Assembly: GCA_964569265.1 (NCBI GenBank)
Contig: CAZMTO010000002.1
Span: 6,102-70,101, forward strand
Reading direction: 5' to 3'
Source of the DNA: an uncultured Peptococcaceae bacterium
GTDB lineage: Bacteria; Bacillota; Dehalobacteriia; UBA4068; UBA4997
DNA: 64,000 nucleotides
Part shown: positions 1 through 9,500 of the stretch, one piece after another
Layout of the letters: each line of letters begins with the position of its first letter
Numbering within the stretch: the stretch's first letter is position 1
Translations under genes and position numbers: made by a program
The notes under the pieces: model-generated
The model's input: the letters and a program-made list of their open reading frames with translations, nothing else
The model's database searches: none
Told to the model about the DNA's origin: nothing

Positions 1-3000
1 TACGAAGGCGATAGCTGGGTAAGCAAGTTCTGGGGCGAAAGCACATCTATGGTGGGCTACGCCAAAAACAACGCTTGGGTACTTAGTGCCCAGGAAGCTG
101 TAGCTGATAACGATACCCTGACTTTGTATGTTCTTAAAGATACCACGCAGTATTCCGATCTGCTTACCTGGTTTGATAAGGACAGCTACAACGCAACTGC
201 CGGTACAGCCAAAAGCTTTACCGTAAATGGTGTTAACCTTATGGGCTCCGGTGATAAGAACCCCGCCGTTGCCAAGCCGGCCGGCGCAACCATTAAGGTG
301 TATAATGCCGAAGGCACCGAGCTTGAAGCATTGGCCACCACAACCGATACCAACGGTATGTTTAAGTTGACCATACCTTATAACGGCACCTACACGGTAG
401 TTGTCAGCGGCACTTGCAGCTACACAATGTCCGGCGGTTATTATGACGGCGAAACCAGAACCGATGCGCCTGTTGTACCCACCCGCTGCACTGTTGTGGC
501 AAGCGGCGGCCAGGATGCTCCGGCAAAACCGGTTACCCCCACCTTTGGCACCAACCTTACCGGCGGTGTTGTAATGTATGTTAAGGGTGATACGGCAACA
601 GCCCTTACCGTTGCCGCTACCGTTACCGATGAAGGTACCTTGAGCTATAAATGGCAAAAGAGTACCAACGGCACCGATTGGACAGATATTGCCGATGCTG
701 CAACTGCCAGCTACACCCCGGCAACCGATGCTTTGGGTACGGTTTATTACCGTTGCGTGGCTGTTAATACCTTGGGCGGCCAAACCGCTATGGCTAACAG
801 CGCTGCCGTACAGGTAGAAGTTTATGACGAAACGATGAAAGGCCGCGGTACCGCTGATGACCCGTATGTTATCCGCACCGAAGCCGACCTGCTGGCCATA
901 AATAAAAACCTGGCAGCACATTATATCTTAAAGGCAGATATTGCCCCCGCTACCTGGCAAAGTGCTATTGCCTCTACCGGCAGCACCGCCTTTACCGGCA
1001 CCTTAGACGGTAACGGCCATACCATTACTTTGCCGCAGGGCGCAACGGCCGGTCTTATCGGCAACGGCAATGCCACTACTGTGGTTAAAAACCTGCGTTT
1101 GGTAGCACCCGGTGTAAGCAGCAGCCAAAAAATGCCTGCCCTGCTGTTTGACTACAAATCTGCCGGCGGCATAAACGTTTATAACTGTGCGGTTATTGGT
1201 ACGCTTAATGTAACCAACAGCAGCGCTACCTATGCCGGCGGTATAATAGCACGTGTAAGCAACAACAATGTAAATGTTAAAAACTGCTACGCAGCAGTTA
1301 CCATTAACCCCGGAGAAAGCAGTGCCAAGTGCGGCGCTCTGTTTGGCGTGGTATCTTATGGCAAGGTAAGCGATGTTTACTACGACAGCACCCTTATGGC
1401 TAACGGTGTGGGCGATACCGGCAAGGCAGAACCTGTTGGTATGGCTACAGCCGATTTGAAGCTGGCTGCCGAAACCTTGAACAAAAACAAGCCGGAGGGT
1501 ATGCTTAGCTGGCAAAATGCTGCTGATGATTACCCGGTATTTGGCGAACACGCCTTTGTACAAAGCGGCAGTGTAAGCATAACCGGTGACTTAAAGGCCG
1601 GTGCAACCGTTACTGCTGTTGACAATTTGACCGGCACCGGTACCAGAAGCTATAGCTGGTATAAGGTAGACGGTAATGGCAAAGAAACTCTGATAGAAAA
1701 TGCAACTGCCAAGGATTATACCCTGACTGCGGCCGAAGTAGGTTACAAGGTTAAGGTTGTTGTAGCTGTGGCAAATGCTCTGGGCGGCAACACCGATTAC
1801 ACCACCGATTCGGCGGTAGCATCTGATAAGCTGGTAAACGTAACCTTTAAGGTAACCCCGGCAGATGCTAATGTATTGGTAGTAAATTCGGCCGGCATAA
1901 TAGTGAGCAGCGGCCAAACCACAGTAAGTCTGGCGGCAGAAAGCAGCTTTAAGTATTATGTTGGTAAAAACGGCTACACACCGGTAGCTAAAACCCTTAC
2001 CACCGGCACTGCCGACAGCACCGAAACCGTTGCTTTGGCAGCTAAAAAACTGCCCGGCTTCAGCAGCGAAGAAACCTATAATATGCTTATCGGCAACATC
2101 AGCAAGCTGCCCAACTTCCCCACCAGTGTAGACGAAGCTGTGTTAAAGTGGTGTGTACCGGTTGGTACCAACTATAGCCCCGGTGAGCCTACCAACCCGG
2201 TATTTGTGGGCGATGACCTGTTTATGGCCGGTAATGTTAAAGCCGAAGACGGCAACGGCTACTTTATTAAAAAGCTTGACCCCGCTACCGGCAAGGTGCT
2301 TAAAAAAGTTCAGTTAGAAACTAACGTTAACTACACCTACAACTACTTCTTAACTACGTCGGAAGATATGTTGTTTATTATGACCAAAACGGGCGTAGAA
2401 GCTTACGACACCGATTTGAACAGACTGTGGGTAAGTGATAAGATGCCCGGCTCTCAGGGCCTGTGCCCCATCAACTATTCCGACGGTTATGTTTACGGCG
2501 GCACCTGTATGGCTAATACCTCGGTATTCTTCTGCCTTAGCGCTGCCGACGGTTCTCTGGTATGGCAAAATGCCCCCGATGTTGGCAGTGGCAGAGAAAC
2601 CGGTCATTATTGGGCCGGCGGCTGTATCATCGGTGATTATGTAGTTTATGGTTCTGACGGCGGCCGCATTTATGCAGCCAACAAATACACCGGTAAAATT
2701 GCATCTACCGTAGATGTTGCTACCGGCGCCAATGTTCGCAGCTCTGTTGCGTATGATAACGGCAAAATTTACTTTACCAGCACAGACGGTTATGTTTATG
2801 TTGCAAACTTTGATCAAACCAACGGCCAAATCAGCGACCTTAAATCGGCACTGGTTGGCATAAAGGCAGAAGGCGGCGGCTTTGGCGGCACTACCACCGC
2901 TACCCCGGCAATTTACAACAACCGCCTGTATGTAGGCTCCAGCAGCTATTTTGCTGTATTTAATGCCACCACGCTGGAAAATATTTATCGCACCGAACAA

Positions 3001-5682
3001 AAGCACGGCACCCTGCGTGATTTGCGTTTGGTAGCAGACGACGCTAACAAGTGTGTATATGCTTTTGCAACCTATTACACTACGCCCGGCGGTTTGGTAA
3101 TGTACACCGATAAAGCAGACCAGACAACTCCTTCGGCAGAATCTGACTTTGGTATCTTTATGACGGATACAACCAAGCAGTACGGCGCATCTATGCCGAT
3201 ATTTGGCCCGGACGGTACAATTTATGCCAGCAACGATAAAGGTTATCTTTCTGCCTACATTAAGCCGGCGGCATACCTTACCGGTTTAACGGCAGATGTT
3301 GGTAAATTCTCGGCTGAATTTGACAAAAAGGTAATGCAGCACGAGCTGGTTGTGCCGGTTGGTACTAAAGAAGTTACCCTGAACATTACTGCCGATGATG
3401 GTGCTGCTGTTACTGTTGACGGCAAGGAATTGCAGGGTAAAACCTACAAGGTGGCCTTGGCAGATGAAGCTGCTAACGTAACTATTGGTGTTGCCAAAAA
3501 TAACTGCGAGCTTACCTATAAGATTGCTATCCGTGCAATCCATACTGATAATTCGATTAGTGTGGCTACCAGCACCAGCAACAACATCGCTATAGACACC
3601 AAGGCAATCAGCGCTTATGATGGCAAAAACAATGTATATGTTATCACCGGCGGCAACGATGATATCCGTATCTGGTTGGCTCCCACCGATGCCAAGGCTA
3701 CTATGACTGAACCCCAGATACTTTCCGGTACCACCAGGTTCTACGATGTTACCAGCCAGAACGTTTATAACGGTGTGGCATATCCGTGGCGTACCTATCA
3801 TAGCGAGCCGGTATACCCGATTGTAATAACCACAACTATTACTGCCGAGGACGGCACCAGCGCACCGTATTATGTTTTGGCTATAAGTGATGCTGCCTAT
3901 GACGGCAAAACTGCTTATAAGTTTGGTATCAGCCTTAACAAAACAGAGCTTGCTCTTAAGAAAAATACCGATGAAGCACTTGTAGCAAACGTAGCATACC
4001 TGGGCGACGCCCCGACCGTTACCTGGACAAGCAGCGAACCGACTGTTGCCGAGGTTGACGCAACCGGTAAAGTAACCGCTAAAAGCGAGGGTACTGCTGT
4101 GATTACCGCAGCAATAGCTGAAGATATGACCGCAACCTGCACGGTAACCGTTACGGCGGCCGGCAGCACTGGCGGTGGCGGCACCGGCGGCGGCACGGTA
4201 GAAAAGACCGTACCCGTTTATGTTACCTACAGCAGTGAAGGCCAGATAGCCGAGGGTAAGGACGGTACCCTGCTTTATAAGGTGCCCATTGAAGCCCGCG
4301 ACGTTGACGGCGACAAAAAGATAACTATGGCCGATGCCTTTGTGGTTTTGCACGAACAATACTACGAGGACGGCGTTGACGGCATAGTAGTTGGCGAAAC
4401 CGGTTGGGTTAGCACCTTCTGGGGCGATTCTTCGTCGAACTTTGGCTATGCTAAAAACCACAAGTGGACAGACGTTGCCGGTTCGGTAAGCATCAGTAAG
4501 GGCGACCTGCTGGATATATACCTGCTGGCAGATATTACGGAATATTCTGATCTGCTTACGTGGTTTGATCAGGACAGCTATACCGCCAAAACCGGCACTG
4601 CCAAAACCTTTACCGTAAAGGGTGCCAACATCTTTAAGTCCGGCCCCAGCAGCTTGGCTACTGCCTACCCGGAAAATGCCGATGTTACGGTATTTGATGA
4701 GGACGGCAATGATGTTTTGACGACAAAAACCGATAAAAACGGCCAGTTTAAGCTGACATTTGCTGATCCCGGCCTGTACACTGTTTTGGTAGACGGTACC
4801 TGTGCTTATTCGGCCAAGGGTGAATTTGGCGCGGTGGACTACAGCGATGCTACCGTTGTTCCCACTCGCTGCACTGTTTCGGTAAGCGGCACTTCTACCG
4901 GCGGTTCTATCGGTGGCGGCAGTGATACCGACACCAAGTACACTGCGGCTGACGTAAAAGACCTGATCGACAAGATTGGTACCGTTACCAAAGACAGCAA
5001 GTCCGCAATCGAGAAGGCACGTGAGGCTTATGACTCCCTGACGGCTGCCCAGAAGAAGAACGTTACCAACTACGACAAGCTGACCGCCGCTGAAAAAGCT
5101 TATACCGAGCTTACCGGCGAGAAGATCGATACCAATAAGCTGCCGTTTACCGACGTAGCAAAGGGCGCTTGGTACTACGACGCGATTAAAGCAATGTACG
5201 ATAAGGGCCTGATGAACGGCGAAAGCGAAACCAAGTTTATGCCGAACAACAAACTGAGCCGTGCAATGCTGGTAACTATTCTGTACCGTATGCAGAACGA
5301 ACCCAATGTTAGCACAAACGCATTGTTCAACGATGTTGCTAATGGTCAGTGGTACACCAAGGCTGTAGCCTGGGCTAGCGCCAACAACGTTGTTAATGGC
5401 GTAGGCGAAGGTAAGTTTGCTCCCAACGACAGCGTAACCCGTCAGGAAATGGCAGCAATGCTGTACCGTTACGCTAAAGCTACCGGTATGGACACTACCG
5501 CAACCGCTTCTCTGAACGGCTTCAAGGATAGCGCCAAGGTAGCTAATTGGGCAACCGATGCTATGAAGTGGGCAGTTGGCAGCGGCCTGATGAAGGGTAA
5601 TGATGACAACACCATCAACCCGATGGGCACTGCAACACGTGCGGAAGTAGCAACTGTGATTATTCGCCTGCTTAGCAAGTAG
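1..5682 (+). CDS. 5'-truncated giant SLH-anchored cell-surface protein. Modules: DUF4430-like plus transthyretin-like module x2, Ig-like, GLUG/beta-helix-like, PQQ-like beta-propeller, cadherin-like, Big_2, helical hairpin, 3 SLH.
   Basis: Frame 1 is open from nt 1. Residues before the first Met (YEGDSWVSKFWGESTS) align with the internal repeat ETGWVSTFWGDSSSNFGYAKN (~4390), so the N-terminus lies off-window. Motifs: Ig-like SYKWQ..YYRC (~529-825); GTADDPYVI.. GLUG-like region (~840-1480); BamB/PQQ-like propeller repeats (~2140-3260); Big_2 TWTSSEPTVAEVDATGKVTAKSEGTAVITA (~3930-4160); DUF4430-like (~4210-4527). Three SLH motifs: FTDVAKGAWYYDAI, FNDVANGQWYTKAV, FKDSAKVANWATDAM (~5140-5679). 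Confidence 0.85.
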   Translation, partial: YEGDSWVSKFWGESTSMVGYAKNNAWVLSAQEAVADNDTLTLYVLKDTTQYSDLLTWFDKDSYNATAGTAKSFTVNGVNLMGSGDKNPAVAKPAGATIKVYNAEGTELEALATTTDTNGMFKLTIPYNGTYTVVVSGTCSYTMSGGYYDGETRTDAPVVPTRCTVVASGGQDAPAKPVTPTFGTNLTGGVVMYVKGDTATALTVAATVTDEGTLSYKWQKSTNGTDWTDIADAATASYTPATDALGTVYYRCVAVNTLGGQTAMANSAAVQVEVYDETMKGRGTADDPYVIRTEADLLAINKNLAAHYILKADIAPATWQSAIASTGSTAFTGTLDGNGHTITLPQGATAGLIGNGNATTVVKNLRLVAPGVSSSQKMPALLFDYKSAGGINVYNCAVIGTLNVTNSSATYAGGIIARVSNNNVNVKNCYAAVTINPGESSAKCGALFGVVSYGKVSDVYYDSTLMANGVGDTGKAEPVGMATADLKLAAETLNKNKPEGMLSWQNAADDYPVFGEHAFVQSGSVSITGDLKAGATVTAVDNLTGTGTRSYSWYKVDGNGKETLIENATAKDYTLTAAEVGYKVKVVVAVANALGGNTDYTTDSAVASDKLVNVTFKVTPADANVLVVNSAGIIVSSGQTTVSLAAESSFKYYVGKNGYTPVAKTLTTGTADSTETVALAAKKLPGFSSEETYNMLIGNISKLPNFPTSVDEAVLKWCVPVGTNYSPGEPTNPVFVGDDLFMAGNVKAEDGNGYFIKKLDPATGKVLKKVQLETNVNYTYNYFLTTSEDMLFIMTKTGVEAYDTDLNRLWVSDKMPGSQGLCPINYSDGYVYGGTCMANTSVFFCLSAADGSLVWQNAPDVGSGRETGHYWAGGCIIGDYVVYGSDGGRIYAANKYTGKIASTVDVATGANVRSSVAYDNGKIYFTSTDGYVYVANFDQTNGQISDLKSALVGIKAEGGGFGGTTTATPAIYNNRLYVGSSSYFAVFNATTLENIYRTEQKHGTLRDLRLVADDANKCVYAFATYYTTPGGLVMYTDKADQTTPSAESDFGIFMTDTTKQYGASMPIFGPDGTIYASNDKGYLSAYIKPAAYLTGLTADVGKFSAEFDKKVMQHELVVPVGTKEVTLNITADDGAAVTVDGKELQGKTYKVALADEAANVTIGVAKNNCELTYKIAIRAIHTDNSISVATSTSNNIAIDTKAISAYDGKNNVYVITGGNDDIRIWLAPTDAKATMTEPQILSGTTRFYDVTSQNVYNGVAYPWRTYHSEPVYPIVITTTITAEDGTSAPYYVLAISDAAYDGKTAYKFGISLNKTELALKKNTDEALVANVAYLGDAPTVTWTSSEPTVAEVDATGKVTAKSEGTAVITAAIAEDMTATCTVTVTAAGSTGGGGTGGGTVEKTVPVYVTYSSEGQIAEGKDGTLLYKVPIEARDVDGDKKITMADAFVVLHEQYYEDGVDGIVVGETGWVSTFWGDSSSNFGYAKNHKWTDVAGSVSISKGDLLDIYLLADITEYSDLLTWFDQDSYTAKTGTAKTFTVKGANIFKSGPSSLATAYPENADVTVFDEDGNDVLTTKTDKNGQFKLTFADPGLYTVLVDGTCAYSAKGEFGAVDYSDATVVPTRCTVSVSGTSTGGSIGGGSDTDTKYTAADVKDLIDKIGTVTKDSKSAIEKAREAYDSLTAAQKKNVTNYDKLTAAEKAYTELTGEKIDTNKLPFTDVAKGAWYYDAIKAMYDKGLMNGESETKFMPNNKLSRAMLVTILYRMQNEPNVSTNALFNDVANGQWYTKAVAWASANNVVNGVGEGKFAPNDSVTRQEMAAMLYRYAKATGMDTTATASLNGFKDSAKVANWATDAMKWAVGSGLMKGNDDNTINPMGTATRAEVATVIIRLLSK

Positions 5683-6020
5683 AACCGCAATAGCGGCACA
5701 TCTGCTGTGTCATATAATTTCTCGCTTGTCGGTGTACCATCTGTACGCCTCTGGCGACTCGAAATTCTATTCCTTGCATCTGTACCACTCTTGCAATTCT
5801 ATTAGGGTGGTGCAGGGCAATGTTGCGGTGTCATATAATTTCAATCAAGGCTGCCTGCCAAGGTATACAGGGCGGTGGGCGGGAATAGATAATCCTTTAT
5901 TCAGCCTTGATTGAAAAATTTTCAAACACTTGCGCCGCGGTGCGAAAATAATAATAAAAACGGAGTTAGGCTTTGCGGCATAGCTCCGTTTTTTTATAAA
6001 AATGCCGGTAATTTTGCAAA
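4930..6020 (+). repeat. Copy 1 of a ~1.1-kb dispersed direct repeat: helical-hairpin plus 3xSLH coding end, non-coding 3' module and terminator.
   Basis: Aligns base-for-base by eye with 23465-24593. The encoded C-termini are near-identical (DTKYTAADVKDLIDKIGTVTKDSK...RLLSK). The repeat continues through the stop codon to AAAAATGCCGGTAAT.TTGCAAA. Confidence 0.9.
5960..5996 (+). terminator. Rho-independent terminator of the first giant SLH gene.
   Basis: ACGGAGTTAGGC..GCATAGCTCCGT hairpin followed by T7. Copy 2 (24528-24564) carries compensatory/wobble changes. Confidence 0.8.
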
Positions 6021-6059
6021 GGCATGGCATTAGATCGGTAAAAAAATTTAATAATGCAG

Positions 6060-6097
6060 TCAGAGCTGTGCCAAGTGGGTGCGGCTCTGATTTTTTT
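6060..6097 (+). terminator. Second terminator-like hairpin.
   Basis: CAGAGCTGTGC / GTGCGGCTCTG stem (11 bp, 3 G-U wobbles), 7-nt loop, then T7. Confidence 0.5.
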
Positions 6098-6129
6098 GTA
6101 AAAAAGTTTAAAAATTTGCGTAAAAAGAC

Positions 6130-6159
6130 TTGTTTTTTTTTTTTTTTTGATGTATCATT
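6130..6159 (+). promoter_or_regulatory. Candidate sigma-A promoter whose spacer is a T17 homopolymer.
   Basis: TTGTTT (6130-6135), an 18-nt spacer consisting almost entirely of the T run 6133-6149, then TATCAT (6154-6159). It lies ~35 nt upstream of riboswitch P1. Confidence 0.4.
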
Positions 6160-6192
6160 AGATTAAAGCACTAAAATCGACAAATTTCATAC

Positions 6193-6397
6193 GCAGTTAA
6201 GTGTCGCTATGGGTGGTAAAAGTCCATAGTGGTGAAAAGGGAAGTCCGGTGAAAATCCGGTACGGGGCCGCCGCTGTAACGGTTGCTTCATCAAGGGTGA
6301 AAGCCCGCCATTGCTCTGCTTGGGTGCAGGGTGAGAAGGTTAGATGAAGCTGTGTAGCTAATGCTATAACCTAAAGTCAGAAGACCTGCTTAACTGT
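6193..6397 (+). promoter_or_regulatory. Cobalamin (B12) riboswitch aptamer.
   Basis: P1 is CAGTTAAG (6194-6201) paired with CTTAACTG (6389-6396). Conserved core: GGGAAGTCCGGTGAAAATCCGGTACGGGGCCGCCGCTGTAACGG (6238-6282). 3' element: AGTCAGAAGACCTGC (6375-6389). These match the RF00174 consensus features as I remember them. Confidence 0.85.
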
Positions 6398-6457
6398 TGG
6401 GCTTGTACCTGCGCACAAGGGGCAAGCCGCAATTTTTTGTATACGGTAAAAACGGCA

Positions 6458-6491
6458 CCGCTATCAAGGTTCACTTGGTGGCGGCTTTTTT
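6458..6491 (+). terminator. Riboswitch expression-platform terminator (second of two tandem candidates).
   Basis: CCGCTATCAAG / CTTGGTGGCGG stem, GTTCA loop, then CTTTTTT. An earlier candidate, GGCTTG..CAAGCC plus T6, sits at ~6399-6440. Confidence 0.65.
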
Positions 6492-6562
6492 GTGCCAAAA
6501 ATCTGCCGTGGCTTTAGGGCGCGGCAGTTAAAATAGATACATAAAAATTATTAGGGGGAACA

Positions 6563-9500
6563 ATGATGAAAACTAAAGCCTGGCTAAAAAAATGCCTATG
6601 CTATGTGTTGATGTTGGCCATGATATTATCGGCCGGGTGGCCGACAGGTGTTGCTATGGCGGCAGACAACGTGCTGGGTGTAAGCTTTACGCAGGTAGAT
6701 GACGATTTGGTGCAAGCGAGCCTTTTGCCGCAAGCTGACGATGCGGTGGTGCTGGCGTCCGGGGATGAGTATGATCCTGGCGAATTGGTGCGTGTTTCGA
6801 TTGTTTTAGAAGATGCAGCGACTATTCAGGCGGGCTACAGTATTAACGCTGTTGCCGAAAACGTCCGCGCTATGAGCTACCGTCAAAAGCTGAAGGCGGA
6901 GCAAAACCAAATAAAGCGCGCCATAGAAGCCGCCCTGGGTGATGACCTGAAAGTAAAGTGGAACCTGACTCTGGCTGCTAACCTGATGTCGGCTGAGGTA
7001 GAAGTTGGGCAGATAGATACCATACGCGCTGTAGACGGTGTAAAGGATGTTGTTATCGAGCAGCAGTATCAGCCGATGGCAACCGCCCAAACCGATGATG
7101 TTGCCCGGCCGCAGATGACGATATCTACCGGTATGACCGGTATGCAGAACGCCTGGCAAAATGGGTATACCGGCGCAGGTTCTCGTGTGGCAATAATTGA
7201 CACCGGTATAGATGTTGATCACCAGTCTTTTAATGGGGCGGCGTTAGAATACGCTTTGGCTAAAAACGCTGCTGCCAAGGGTGTTGACGAAGCGGAGTAT
7301 CTGGCCGGGCTTAATTTGCTGGATGCTGCCAAGGTAGATGCTGTGAGTTCGGAATTAAACGTTACCGCTATTAACAACCAGGCTAACGGCACTAATATGT
7401 ATCACAGCAGCAAGCTGCCCTTTGCCTTTAACTATGTAGATCAATCTTATGAATATGTTGACCACAACAAAGATTCGCAGACCGACCACGGCTCTCATGT
7501 GGCCGGTATTGCGGCGGCTAACCGTTATATAGAAAAAGACGGCGCTATGGCAGATGCCATAGATACGGTAATGGTGGCAGGGCAGGCACCTGATGCCCAG
7601 CTGCTGGTGATGAAGGTTTTTGGTATGAACGGCGGCGCTTATGATTCGGACTATATGGCCGCTATTGAAGATGCCATTGTTTTGGGAGCCGATTCTATCA
7701 ACCTTTCTCTGGGCAGCAGCGCCAACGGTTTTTCTACTGCCGGTGTTTATCAGCAAATTATGGAAAGCCTTACTGATGCCGGGGCGGTAGTGTGTATGGC
7801 AGCCGGCAACGATGGTAATTTTGCCGAAAATGCCTATACTGCCAAAAGCACGGGTGGTTCCGGTTTGCTTTATACCGATGACGTTATGTACAGCCATATG
7901 GGCAGCCCCAGTTCTTTTACTAATTCTATGTCGGTTGCTTCGGTAGATAACCAGGGCATTATCAGTGATTCGTTTTTATCGTTTGGGCAGGGCGATGACC
8001 TGTTTACGGTAGGTTACAGCGAAACTCTTTACAACGATATGAAGTCTATGCGCAGCCTTGATACCGCTGCCGAGGGCGGTACAGAGTATGAATTTGTGCT
8101 GGTGCCGGGCCTTGGCTACCGCGAGGATTACGATGGTATTGATGTAAGCGGCAAAATTGCCTTTGTATCGCGTGGGGATACACCTTTTTATGAAAAAGCC
8201 ACCATTGCCGTTGAACAGGGGGCAATCGCCACTGTTATTTATAACAATGTAGGCGGCAGTATGGGTATGGATATGACTGACTATCACGAAGCAGCACCGG
8301 CGGTATCTATTACCAAAGACGATGCCGAAAAAATTAAGGCTATGGCCGATGAGCTGGTAAGTGATATTGACGAGATATACTACGGCGGTAAAATGCGTGT
8401 TAATGGCACTTTAAGCCTTATAGCGGGTGACAAAAACAGCTACACCATGAGCTCCTTCAGTTCTTGGGGCAGTACCGGAGATTTGGCCTTAAAGCCGGAA
8501 ATAACCGCACCCGGCGGCAGTATTTATTCGGTAAATGGGTCGCAGACAGCACCCGATGGTTACAAAATTAACAGCGGTACATCTATGGCTACGCCGCAGG
8601 TGGCCGGTATAGCTGCCGCTATTGGTCAATACATAAGAGAACACAAGCTGACCGAAAAATTCGGACACAGTGCGCGGCAAATTGCTCAGTCGCTGCTTAT
8701 GGCTACGGCTATACCGCTAAAGGATGACAATGGCAACTATTACCCCCTGTTGCAGCAGGGTGCCGGCTTGGCTAACGGCGAAAACGCCATAAATGCCGGG
8801 GCTTATATTTTGATGAGCGAGGGTGCAAGCCCCAGTTGGCAGGACGGCAAAGTAAAGGCCGAATTGGGTGATGACCCTGAGCGCACCGGTGTTTATGAAT
8901 TTGGCTTTACACTTTATAATACCGAAAACATCGCTAAAACCTATCAGCTTGCAGCCGAATTGTTTACGCAGGCTGTAGCCGAATATCCGTCGGCACCCGG
9001 CTTGACAACTACGGCGGAATATGCCTTAAAAACCACAACACCGCTGGATTCTTCTGCTACCTTTACTGCCAACGGCACCAATATTGGCAGCACGCTTGCT
9101 GTTCCTGCCAATGGCAGTGTAACGGTGCAGGCCAAGGTTAGTGTAACACCCAAGGGTAAGGCCTGGCTGGAAGAACACTACCAAAAGGGCACGTATATTC
9201 AGGGGTTTGTATTTGCCCGACCGCTGGCTAATGCCGACGGAGCAATAAGCGGCAGTACGCTGCACATTCCGCTGTTTGCCTTTTACGGTAACTGGACTGA
9301 CCCGGCAATGTATGATGCGGTAAACTGGCAAAACGGCAGCAGCACCGGCACGTATTCCACACCGTTTATCTCCGATGCTTCTCGTACCAGTTACGCAGTT
9401 AACTATGACGTTAATTCTCCGTTGAATACAGGTTCGGCGGGCGAGACCAGCTATATCGGCACTAATCATCTGGTGATGAACAATGCCAACGGGGTGGCTT

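Noticed and set aside
3286-4461. 391-aa ORF on the minus strand inside the first giant gene.
   Set aside because: It is an antisense shadow of a long, clearly coding + strand ORF. It has a low-complexity composition and no SD or recognisable motifs.
5726-5914. Small ORF (62 aa) conserved as a 69-aa ORF at 24260-24469 within the duplicated non-coding module.
   Set aside because: It has non-ATG starts with no SD. Of the few differences between copies inside it, most are non-synonymous (NV/RA, R/W, L/F) and only one is synonymous. The pattern fits RNA or DNA-level conservation better, so it is kept only as an alternative explanation in the corresponding finding.
6133-6149. T17 run considered as the U-tail of a terminator.
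   Set aside because: No stable GC-rich hairpin immediately precedes it. The real terminators lie at 5960-5996 and 6060-6097.
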